This document shows, piece by piece, positions 24,546 through 32,739 of a DNA stretch of 64,000 bases. How positions within the stretch are numbered: position 1 is the stretch's first letter; the number at the start of each line of letters is the position of its first letter. The notes beneath the pieces are model-generated. The model did not search any database and was not told the DNA's origin. It was given only the letters and a program-made list of their open reading frames with translations. Position numbers and translations under genes: made by a program. The stretch spans positions 384,771 to 448,770 of the forward strand of contig JBBUAP010000001.1 in assembly GCA_038058635.1 (NCBI GenBank). Direction: 5' to 3'. This DNA is from Patescibacteria group bacterium. Lineage in GTDB: Bacteria; Patescibacteriota; UBA1384; 2-12-FULL-50-11.

Positions 24546-25919
24546 ATGAAAAAAGTTCGAGTCATCTACGACCCCATCTTGCGTCACAAAGTTAAGCCGG
24601 TGACGGTTTTTAACGACGAACTGAAAAAACTTTCTGAAGAAATGTTTTTAGTCATGCATAAAAATATCGGCATGGGCTTAGCGGCCAACCAGCTTGGAGT
24701 CGACCAGGACTTACTGGTGATTGAATATCGGCCTGTTAAAGACCGTGATGAAGATGGAGATCAAGACGGCGGAAAACCGATCGGCCCTCTCGTCCTCTGC
24801 AACACCAAAGTGATTAAAACCAGTCAAATCACCGAGACGATGAACGAGGGTTGTTTATCGCTGCCGGGCTTAGAACTGCCTGTCAATCGCCCGAGCGGCG
24901 TCATTGTCGAAGCTATGGACCTGACTGGTAAACCAGTAACCATTAAAGCCAAGGGGCTACTAGCCCGAATTTTACAGCACGAAGTCGACCATTTAGATGG
25001 CATACTATTCACCGATCGGGCGAGTGGCCTGAAGAATTTAAAAAATTACGCCGGCATGAAGATTGTTTTCTTTGGCTCGGACAATTTTTCTGTCCCAATT
25101 TTCCAAATACTCATTGAAAGCGGTTTGAATGTGATTGCCGCCGTGACCGAAACCGACAAACCGGCTGGCCGAGGCAACCAACTCACCATTACGCCCATCA
25201 AATCCGTTGCCACGGATGCCGGAATTGCGGTCGTCCAGCCCCAAACGAAAACGGAAATCATCGAGATTCTTCGTCAGCTCAAGCCAGATTTGATCGTGCT
25301 GGCTTCGTACGGCAAGATTTTGCCAGAAGAAGCTCTCATCATCCCCACTTACGGGGCGCTTAATGTCCACCCGTCACTTTTACCAAAATATCGTGGTGCT
25401 ACGCCGGTCCAATCGGCGATTTTAGCGGGTGAAAAGACAACTGGCGTGACGATTATGAAGATGAACGCCGGCGTTGATACGGGGGAGATTGTCGCTCAAT
25501 CAAAAACAGAACTTTCGAATGTGGAGACTTTTATCTCGCTTCGTGACCGACTCTCCCAACTAGGCGCTAAATTGCTAGTCGGCCAGCTGCCGCTTTACCT
25601 TTCTGGTACAGCCAACCTCCAGTTGCAAGGCAGTGACTCAACTCAAACCACAAAATTAGTTAAAGAAATGGGCGAGATCGATTGGACGCAGTCAGCCGAG
25701 TCAATCGACCGACAGATCCGCGCTCTCAATCCCTGGCCAGGGACTTTTACCTTTGTCGGCGACAAGCGACTCAAAATTCTGGAAGCCAGTTTGAACGGCG
25801 ATCGGCTCATACTCAAAACTGTCCAACTCGAAGGCAAAAATCCCACTGCCTGGCCTGAATTTGTCCGGGGCTACGAGCAACAGTTGAAAAATTGCTCCTG
25901 GTACGGTAAAATATCCTAA
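24546..25919 (+). CDS. def-fmt: fused peptide deformylase / methionyl-tRNA formyltransferase
   Basis: A single 457-aa frame. Residues 1-170 carry PDF motifs 'GMGLAANQLG', 'EGCLSLPG' and 'HEVDHLDG'. From M171 the Fmt part begins: 'MKIVFFGSDNFSVP' and 'NVHPSLLPKYRGATPVQSAIL'. I checked codon by codon across 25032-25058 and found no stop. Confidence 0.9.
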   Translation: MKKVRVIYDPILRHKVKPVTVFNDELKKLSEEMFLVMHKNIGMGLAANQLGVDQDLLVIEYRPVKDRDEDGDQDGGKPIGPLVLCNTKVIKTSQITETMNEGCLSLPGLELPVNRPSGVIVEAMDLTGKPVTIKAKGLLARILQHEVDHLDGILFTDRASGLKNLKNYAGMKIVFFGSDNFSVPIFQILIESGLNVIAAVTETDKPAGRGNQLTITPIKSVATDAGIAVVQPQTKTEIIEILRQLKPDLIVLASYGKILPEEALIIPTYGALNVHPSLLPKYRGATPVQSAILAGEKTTGVTIMKMNAGVDTGEIVAQSKTELSNVETFISLRDRLSQLGAKLLVGQLPLYLSGTANLQLQGSDSTQTTKLVKEMGEIDWTQSAESIDRQIRALNPWPGTFTFVGDKRLKILEASLNGDRLILKTVQLEGKNPTAWPEFVRGYEQQLKNCSWYGKIS

Positions 25920-26464
25920 TGTTAGTCGTCAGATTAAAGCGAATCGGCAAAAAGAACCAACCAACTTACCGTATTGTCGTGGCCGAACATTCCAACGCCG
26001 TCAACGGCCCATTTGTTGAAGACATTGGTTTTTACAACCCTCACACCAAGACTATTTCCGTCGATCAAGAAGCGGTCATCGGCTGGATGAACAAGGGCGC
26101 TAAGCCGTCCAATCGGGTCGCTCGATTACTCGAAAAAGAAAAAGTTCAGCACAAATCTGTTGTCGTTATTCAGTACCACAAAGCGTCGAAGAAAAAGGTT
26201 GAAGAGACGAAGCCAGCTCCTAAAGCGGAGACAGCGACCGACTTGCCCGCCGTAGCTTTAGCGGAGGAGGGAGAGACTGCTGAAGCGCCAACAGAGGGTG
26301 AGACCACCGAAACTACCGAGGAAGCTCCAGCTGAAACATCCGAGGAAGTAGCTACGACCGAAGAAGAAGCTCCTGCTGAGGAAGCGACCGAGGATGTAGT
26401 TGAAACACCCGAAGCTACCGAAGAGCCTGCTGAAAACAGTGAGCCCGTCGAATCTGCTGCCTAA
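25919..26464 (+). CDS. rpsP: 30S ribosomal protein S16 with ~95-aa acidic E/T/A-rich tail
   Basis: 'MLVVRLKRIGKKNQPTYRIVVAE...GFYNP', followed by a low-complexity tail. Confidence 0.9.
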   Translation: MLVVRLKRIGKKNQPTYRIVVAEHSNAVNGPFVEDIGFYNPHTKTISVDQEAVIGWMNKGAKPSNRVARLLEKEKVQHKSVVVIQYHKASKKKVEETKPAPKAETATDLPAVALAEEGETAEAPTEGETTETTEEAPAETSEEVATTEEEAPAEEATEDVVETPEATEEPAENSEPVESAA

Positions 26465-26553
26465 GACTTCTTTACAACAATCTTTGTTTTTGTTACAAAT
26501 TGCTTGTTACGAATACAGAACGCCGTCAAATCTAATTTTCTACAAAGGAGAAA

Positions 26554-27018
26554 ATGCCAGCTAAAACAGAATTAACCGACCAAGAGTTTGTTGAGAATAT
26601 TGTTAAAGCCATTGTCGATCACCCAGAAGAAGTCGTTACCGGCCGGACGCTCGATGAGCGCGGCGTCTTGATTCAACTGACTGTCAACCGCGAAGATATG
26701 GGCAAAGTCATCGGACGAGAAGGTCGCACCGCCAAAGCGATTCGTTCCCTTTTGCGTGTTTTTGGGGCCCGTAACGAATCCCGAATTAACTTGAAAATTG
26801 TTGATCCCGAGGGTGGTACTGGTGATATTCCGGAAGAATCTGCCACCAAACCAGCGCCCGCTAAAAAAACCGAAAGTTCGGTCCCAGCGGAAAAACCAAC
26901 AGAAACAACCGAAAAAGTAGACGACTTGTCCGCCGAAACTTCAGTGAAGGCGGAAGCGCCCGTCGCCGAAATGTCTGCTGAAAAACCGATCGAAGAAAAA
27001 GCCACCGGCGTTTTCTAG
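26554..27018 (+). CDS. KH-domain RNA-binding protein (YlqC/UPF0109-like) with low-complexity tail
   Basis: 'MGKVIGREGRTAKAIRSLLRV', located between rpsP and trmD. A GGAG SD is present. Confidence 0.8.
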   Translation: MPAKTELTDQEFVENIVKAIVDHPEEVVTGRTLDERGVLIQLTVNREDMGKVIGREGRTAKAIRSLLRVFGARNESRINLKIVDPEGGTGDIPEESATKPAPAKKTESSVPAEKPTETTEKVDDLSAETSVKAEAPVAEMSAEKPIEEKATGVF

Positions 27019-27086
27019 TAACTAACGAATTCCAATAAACGGGCGCCAAATTAGCGGCCGTTTTTTGGTTAGGCTAGAATAGTGTT

Positions 27087-27731
27087 ATGACCATCGATGT
27101 CCTAACACTCTTCCCCGATTTAATTGACCAAGCTCTGGGCCATTCTATTCCCGCCCGAGCCCAGAAAGCTGGTCATATTGATATTCGAGCCCATCAACTG
27201 CGGACTTGGGCAATCGATCGTCATGGCACCGTCGACGACACGCCGTATGGCGGTGGTCCGGGGATGATTTTGCGGGTTGATGTCACTCATGCCGCGCTCG
27301 GAGCGCTTGATCACAGTCATAAAGCTCACCGGATTATGCTCTCTCCCGATGGTGATTTGTTTGATCAGCAGATGGCCGAAGATTTTGCGGCGAAAAAGCG
27401 ATTAATTCTACTCTGCGGTCGTTACGAAGGATTTGACGCCCGAATCGAAAAGTATGTCGATCAAAAAGTCTCGATCGGTTCATTCGTTCTTTCCGGTGGG
27501 GAGTTAGCCGCTCTAACGATCATCGACACGGTTACCCGTCTTATTCCGGGTGTTCTAGGCAACGCCGAGTCGCTCAAGGAAGAGACCTTCGAAGCCGATT
27601 TAACGGAATACCCGCAGTTTACCCGCCCGGAAATGTACAAAGGCATGACAGTTCCAGATGTGCTCCTGTCTGGCCATCACGCCGAAATCCAAAAATGGCG
27701 CGACTCCCAACGGCGTAAACTTGCTTCTTGA
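27087..27731 (+). CDS. trmD: tRNA (guanine37-N1)-methyltransferase
   Basis: 'IDVLTLFPD', 'TPYGGGPGMIL', 'LLCGRYEGFDARI' and 'SIGSFVLSGGE'. Confidence 0.9.
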   Translation: MTIDVLTLFPDLIDQALGHSIPARAQKAGHIDIRAHQLRTWAIDRHGTVDDTPYGGGPGMILRVDVTHAALGALDHSHKAHRIMLSPDGDLFDQQMAEDFAAKKRLILLCGRYEGFDARIEKYVDQKVSIGSFVLSGGELAALTIIDTVTRLIPGVLGNAESLKEETFEADLTEYPQFTRPEMYKGMTVPDVLLSGHHAEIQKWRDSQRRKLAS

Positions 27732-27757
27732 ATCAATATTCTATATTCTTGGTACAG

Positions 27758-28039
27758 ATGAGATCCTTACAGGACGAAATCCGGAAAGCCCAACAAGAAT
27801 TGACCTGTCCAGTTTGCGGTCGGATGTTCGAGTTGCGCGATATTCATATTCGGGCCTATGAGCTAAATAAAGCCGTCGAGCTTTCAGTTACCTGCAGTCG
27901 GGGGCATTTTCCGATCATTCTACTCGTGCCGTTGACGCTCAAGGATTTGGTTAAGGCCGGACCGATATCACCCTCCGAACTTAAACTTATCCACGCCGAG
28001 GTAGATTCCTTGCAGACCACTCTGGAAAAAGTCTTTTAA
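27758..28039 (+). CDS. hypothetical small protein with CPxC motif
   Basis: 93 aa counted from the internal ATG, with 'CPVCGRMF...CSRGH'. No family recognised. Confidence 0.4.
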   Translation: MRSLQDEIRKAQQELTCPVCGRMFELRDIHIRAYELNKAVELSVTCSRGHFPIILLVPLTLKDLVKAGPISPSELKLIHAEVDSLQTTLEKVF

Positions 28040-28059
28040 ATCAGTTATAATTTTTCCTA

Positions 28060-28788
28060 ATGGAATCAGTGGCCTTAGCCGCCCGCTCGCGAGAGCTGAC
28101 CGGCAAAAAAGTTAAGACACTTCGGCTCAAGGGAGATATTCCTGGTGTCGTTTATGGTCACGGTTTAGACTCGACCCCAATCGTGGCGGAAAAAGTTGCC
28201 CTGAAGAAAGCTTACGCCAAGGCCGGTAGCGGTACTTTGGTCGATTTGACGATCGGTGAGCAAAAACCGATCAAGGTGCTTTTTCACGAACCCCAGTTAC
28301 ACTACTTAAACGGTGAGCCAATCCACTTCGACCTTTACGCCGTCAAGATGGACGAAGAGATCGAAACAACCATTCCAATTATCTTTGTTGGTATCTCGCC
28401 AGCCGTCGACGAGCTCGAAGGTAACTTCATCGCCAACCGCGACGAACTGACCATCCGCTGTTTGCCGGGCAACCTAATTCCGAATGTCGAAGTCGACATC
28501 TCTATTTTAAAAACCTTTGACGACTCTATTAAGGTTAGCGATATTCAAGTCCCGGAAACCGTCCAAATCCAAGACGAAATGGAAGAGACGGTCGCCTTGG
28601 TATCGGCACCGCGAAGCGAAGAAGAGCTGGAAGCTGAACTAGCCGAAGACAAAGCCGCCGAAGTTGCCGCTGTCAGCGCTCTCGGCGAAGAAGCTCCTGC
28701 CGCCGAAGGCGAAGCAACTGGAGGCGAGACCCCTGTCGAAGGTGACAAACCCGCTGCCCCAGCCGAACCTGCCGAAAAACCCGAATAA
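28060..28788 (+). CDS. rplY: 50S ribosomal protein L25/Ctc with acidic A/E/P tail
   Basis: 'RELTGKKVKTLRLKGDIPGVVYGHG' and 'HFDLYAV'. Confidence 0.85.
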   Translation: MESVALAARSRELTGKKVKTLRLKGDIPGVVYGHGLDSTPIVAEKVALKKAYAKAGSGTLVDLTIGEQKPIKVLFHEPQLHYLNGEPIHFDLYAVKMDEEIETTIPIIFVGISPAVDELEGNFIANRDELTIRCLPGNLIPNVEVDISILKTFDDSIKVSDIQVPETVQIQDEMEETVALVSAPRSEEELEAELAEDKAAEVAAVSALGEEAPAAEGEATGGETPVEGDKPAAPAEPAEKPE

Positions 28789-28813
28789 ACTCTAAACTAA
28801 CAAACCGAAAAAA

Positions 28814-28833
28814 GGAGCATCCGCTCCTTTTTT
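28814..28833 (+). terminator. intrinsic terminator after rplY
   Basis: GGAGC ATCC GCTCC followed by TTTTTT, with an A-run upstream that could make it bidirectional. Confidence 0.7.
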
Positions 28834-28850
28834 GGTCGCTCTTGACGAAC

Positions 28851-28866
28851 AGAGAGAGAGAGAGAG
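28851..28866. repeat. (AG)8 microsatellite
   Basis: agagagagagagagag, read directly from the sequence. Confidence 0.9.
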
Positions 28867-28894
28867 TTAAATGGCAGTATTAAGGAGGTTGAAA

Positions 28895-29500
28895 ATGGAA
28901 AACGAAAAAGGCCCATCACCACAGGAAGATTTAGGTGAATCAAAGCAGGAAGTATCAGGCAGCAAACTTGAGCTTGAAGAAGGTGCAGATCAGCATGCGG
29001 AAGAGCTGCGCCGTCATCTGGATACAGAAAATTGGAGCAATTTAGATCTTATGGATTCCAAAAGCGAATTAAAGTCTTGCAACGAGGCTGTGAAGCAACT
29101 AGATGAGAACATTAGAATCATAGGATCGACACGCATCGATAGTGATCTGTTTGCATGGAAGAATGTAGGTGAACGTCAGTGGTCGCCGGATTCGGATCGT
29201 TATCGCAGGGATTATGATAGAAAACAGTATGTTAGCGAAAGTCTAGCCGAACTCGAGAAACTACGGGAAAAGCTAATAAAAGAATTGGAACACCGTCGGG
29301 ATGACTTTCAAACTCGTGCTCACTATGCGGAGGAGAGTATTGAAAAAGAGAAACTTGAAATAAAGGACCATGTAAAAGGTAAACACGAGGAAGAATTTAG
29401 CGAATTGCAGAACGCCGAGTGGAAGCCCGTCCCAGTCGAAGACGGTGCCGAACCCGCTCCCGCCGAAGACCCACCAAATACTAACGAGAAAACAAACTGA
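28895..29500 (+). CDS. hypothetical charged/coiled-coil protein
   Basis: AAGGAGG lies 7 nt upstream of the ATG at 28895. The 201-aa product is rich in E, K and R. No motif recognised. Confidence 0.5.
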   Translation: MENEKGPSPQEDLGESKQEVSGSKLELEEGADQHAEELRRHLDTENWSNLDLMDSKSELKSCNEAVKQLDENIRIIGSTRIDSDLFAWKNVGERQWSPDSDRYRRDYDRKQYVSESLAELEKLREKLIKELEHRRDDFQTRAHYAEESIEKEKLEIKDHVKGKHEEEFSELQNAEWKPVPVEDGAEPAPAEDPPNTNEKTN

Positions 29501-29681
29501 CAGATCTTACTGTCAGGAAGCAACCACCGGCGAAACCTCGCCGGCGGTAGCTTCATATATCAAAATAACAATCAAAGAATCGCCACAGAGTTCTTATGTG
29601 GTATACCACATTATAACTCTGAATAATTGGAGCCACCTCGGGGAATTGAACTAGGCGCCCATACTTTACGGAGAATAAGTG

Positions 29682-29753
29682 AGCCGGAGGCGGGGATTGA
29701 ACCCGCGACTTGCTGTTTACGAAACAGCTACTCTACCACTGAGTTACTCCGGC
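29682..29753 (-). tRNA. tRNA-Thr(CGT)
   Basis: 72 nt with acceptor GCCGGAG/CTCCGGC and anticodon loop TTCGTAA. Confidence 0.9.
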
Positions 29754-29903
29754 ATTCATCGCTTTACCACTGCCTGCCCAGCTTCAAGCGCACCGCGTGA
29801 CAGAATGTAATTCTGTAAGCTGGTAAGCTTCGGGGCTGGGAGCTACGCTAGCAACCTCTACCATTTTACCTCGATAGACCATAAAAAAGAATCGCCCCCC
29901 TAC

Positions 29904-30209
29904 CTATGGTAGTTTGGGGCGAGAGTGACGAAATTCGAGCTGAACCACCTCGGGCGGGTTGTCGCTGTCTAAGACGTCGGCGATCACATCGATTGCGTCG
30001 ACAGCGCGTCCTCTGATTTTCAACTTCCCGTTGGCCGTTGTTTTCTCCCAGGTGATTTCACACTTGGGGCAATCATAGAGTATGACACTACCGTGTTCCT
30101 TCGCAATCTGTGATCTACTGGAGTCTGGCGGAAGGGGGTTTTGATCGGCGAACTTACCGATCCTTTCCTCCTCCATCTTGGTTCCACAATTCGGGCAAAA
30201 GCATTCCAT
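29904..30209 (-). CDS. hypothetical zinc-ribbon protein
   Basis: GAGGAGG lies 5 nt upstream of the ATG at 30209. The sequence contains 'CPNCG...CPKC'. Confidence 0.5.
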   Translation of the reverse strand: MECFCPNCGTKMEEERIGKFADQNPLPPDSSRSQIAKEHGSVILYDCPKCEITWEKTTANGKLKIRGRAVDAIDVIADVLDSDNPPEVVQLEFRHSRPKLP

Positions 30210-30274
30210 AGCGGCCTCCTCGAAAGAGCTAAACACAGCTTAGCGTTTATTGACAAAATGTCAACACGGGTGAG

Positions 30275-31042
30275 CTACTTCAGGGCTTTGCGGAAGGAGA
30301 GCATGGTGAAGGTAACGAAGACTACAAACATCCCACCGGCGGCCAGGAAGGCATAACCGATGTCTGGGCTACCCCAGCCATCTAAGACCAGCGCCCTAAT
30401 ACCTTCAATGATATGAGTGACGGGGTTGTAGTCGGTGATGGTGGCGAATGTTGACGGCAGTAACTCGCGCGGAGTTTGGGAAGTGGTTAGATATAAGAGC
30501 GGGAAGACAAGAATGAATAGCGATTGAACCAGCCGGGCATTTTGGGTTCGCAGAGCGCTAATCATACCGATACAACTCCAGGCCATCGCAAAAATGATCA
30601 GAATCGCAAATATTGCTAAGACCCCCAGGAAGCCGGACTGAATCCTCACCCCCCAAAGCAAAAGTAGGGTTAACATGATGATTCCTTGGCCCAATGATTG
30701 GACGGCGATTTCTGCTAATTTAGCTAAGACTATCGCCAAACGGTTAATTGGCATTATGATCAATTTTTTGAAATAACCACTCTGAATATCTTGAACCAAC
30801 TCAATGCCGGCATTACCAGCCGAAAAGAAAATCGCGGTAAATATTGCCACCGGCGCGATGAAATCTTTGTACGATACATCTGGGAAACCCGGGACTTGAG
30901 CGAGAGCAGAAAGCGATAGCGAGTTAACAGCAAAGAAGAAAATTGGCATAAAGAACGGTGGCAGTAACGCCAAAAGAGGCCGCCATATTAATTTGATGTT
31001 GCGGATTGAAAGGTAATACCAGTCACTGAAAAATGTATTCAT
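30275..31042 (-). CDS. ABC-2 type exporter permease
   Basis: 255 aa with 6 TM segments, translationally coupled (4-nt overlap) to the upstream ATPase. Confidence 0.8.
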   Translation of the reverse strand: MNTFFSDWYYLSIRNIKLIWRPLLALLPPFFMPIFFFAVNSLSLSALAQVPGFPDVSYKDFIAPVAIFTAIFFSAGNAGIELVQDIQSGYFKKLIIMPINRLAIVLAKLAEIAVQSLGQGIIMLTLLLLWGVRIQSGFLGVLAIFAILIIFAMAWSCIGMISALRTQNARLVQSLFILVFPLLYLTTSQTPRELLPSTFATITDYNPVTHIIEGIRALVLDGWGSPDIGYAFLAAGGMFVVFVTFTMLSFRKALK

Positions 31043-31839
31043 GATCGTGCTCTCGTAAATGGGTCGGGAGCATTGGCGTTGACTTCTTCGTCGCCCAAAT
31101 TGCTACCAGTGGTTTTCAAGAAAACTTCTTCCATATTCTTGGCGTTATGTTTCTTCATCAACTCGGCCGGTGACCCCTCGGTGACGATCTTGCCCTTGTC
31201 CATAATCTCTATTCGGTCACAGAGTTCTTGGGCTTCGTCCATGAAGTGAGTGGTAAGGAAAATCGTCATCCCCTCTTTATTTAATTGACGCAAATGGGCC
31301 CAAATTAGCTGACGAGCGTGCGGGTCGAGACCTTGAGTTGGTTCGTCTAAGAAAAGAATTTTTGGTTTATGGATTAGCGAGAGAGCTAGGTCAAAGCGGC
31401 GACGCATACCGCCGGAGTAAGTGGAAGTAAATTTGTCGGCGACTTTTTCTAGCTCAACCAATTTCAGGAGTTTGGCAATCTGGGCGTCAATCTCTGATGG
31501 GGGCATATGATAAAGTCGGCCATGGAGCTGCATCATTTCGCGGGCGGTGGCCACTTCGTCTAAACCAACCTCCTGCATCGCGAAACCAACTCGCTTGTAG
31601 ATTTCGTCCAAGTTTTCTTCGAGTTTCAGGCCATCGATAACAACCGAACCAGAAGTTTTCTTGACTAAATTGACTAGCATATTGATGGTAGTCGTTTTAC
31701 CAGCGCCGTTCGGGCCTAAGAAACCGTAGAATTCGCCATCTTTGACGTTAAACGAAATTCCCCGGACGGCTTCGGTGCTACCAGGGTAGGTTTTGGTTAA
31801 GTTTTTGACCTCGATGATGTCAGAACTTTTTGCGCCCAT
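31039..31839 (-). CDS. ABC transporter ATP-binding protein (DrrA/ABC-2 type)
   Basis: Walker A 'GPNGAGKTT', signature 'YSGGMRRR' and Walker B 'ILFLDEPT'. Confidence 0.9.
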   Translation of the reverse strand: MGAKSSDIIEVKNLTKTYPGSTEAVRGISFNVKDGEFYGFLGPNGAGKTTTINMLVNLVKKTSGSVVIDGLKLEENLDEIYKRVGFAMQEVGLDEVATAREMMQLHGRLYHMPPSEIDAQIAKLLKLVELEKVADKFTSTYSGGMRRRFDLALSLIHKPKILFLDEPTQGLDPHARQLIWAHLRQLNKEGMTIFLTTHFMDEAQELCDRIEIMDKGKIVTEGSPAELMKKHNAKNMEEVFLKTTGSNLGDEEVNANAPDPFTRARS

Positions 31840-32096
31840 GTTTTAACAGTCTAGCGATGACCGCATGTAATGTAAAGGCCGCCGGCCACCTGTTTTTTGC
31901 TTGTTTTTCTAAAGAAATTAGTCCAAACATATCCTTTGGTCGTAGGTTATGCCAATGACCACCAACATAGTAGGGGTGTAGGTTGTGGTCATGATGATGT
32001 TTTGGATAGTCGGCATAGGGTCGGTTGGGTACCAGAGACACATCGGTGCGCATCCTACTTAAAGAGGCACCGGTTAAATTTAGTTCCACCTCAACT

Positions 32097-32136
32097 CTAG
32101 CAAAGCACCCCGGAGATGTTCCGGGGTCTTTGCTAG
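32097..32136 (-). terminator. long hairpin downstream of the HIT gene (putative terminator, weak T-tract)
   Basis: CTAGCAAAGCACCCCGGA-GATGT-TCCGGGGTCTTTGCTAG, a 17-bp stem. Confidence 0.45.
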
Positions 32137-32137
32137 T

Positions 32138-32593
32138 TTAAAGGTTACCTTTGATTTTCTTAATAATCGCCGCAGCAACATCACCGCTAACTCCCAGGCT
32201 TGTGCTTCGAGCATAGTGATGGCCGAATTCATTATCTGTAAAAACTTGACTTCCAACTTCTACTACTTTGTCGTAACGCGGTCGGACATGCCAATGAATG
32301 TGTGGATTGTAGGGCTTGGTCTGGAAAGCGTTGTTTGTCAGGCAACTCCAGTTGAAGACGATAGCTCCAAAGACAGAACGAACGGCCGTTTCATATTTTG
32401 AAATTACTTCCTGCAAATCCAACCATTCGGTGCTAGTTAATTCGGCCAAATCTCCAGTATGGCGCTTGACGGTTACGAATGATCGCCCGAGATAGTATTG
32501 ATCGCTACGGTCGAGTGAAACTCGCCAAAATTTGGTTTCGAAAATTACATCCTGATCAATTGTTAGAACCTCACAAACTTCACATTTTTTCAT
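32138..32593 (-). CDS. HIT (histidine triad) family hydrolase
   Basis: 151 aa with the triad 'NPHIHWHVRPRY'. Confidence 0.85.
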   Translation of the reverse strand: MKKCEVCEVLTIDQDVIFETKFWRVSLDRSDQYYLGRSFVTVKRHTGDLAELTSTEWLDLQEVISKYETAVRSVFGAIVFNWSCLTNNAFQTKPYNPHIHWHVRPRYDKVVEVGSQVFTDNEFGHHYARSTSLGVSGDVAAAIIKKIKGNL

Positions 32594-32739
32594 TGAGTAT
32601 ATTTACGACTGCGCTCGAGCCTACTTTACCAAAAACTCCCAAACTAAGGAAGCCGCCCCGCCTTCGCCTCAATTCATCGAGAATCTTGCATTATGATTAA
32701 TACACCTGTCATCTAGTTGACTTTTATAAGCATTTTGCT

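Noticed and set aside
31820-32089. 89-aa His-rich minus-strand ORF (…YPKHHHDHNLHPYYVGGHWHNLRP…) upstream of the ABC ATPase.
   Set aside because: It has a GTG start with no convincing SD, and it overlaps the ATPase start, whose TAGACT leaderless-type promoter lies inside it. I cannot exclude a real small metal-binding protein, but support is too weak to call.
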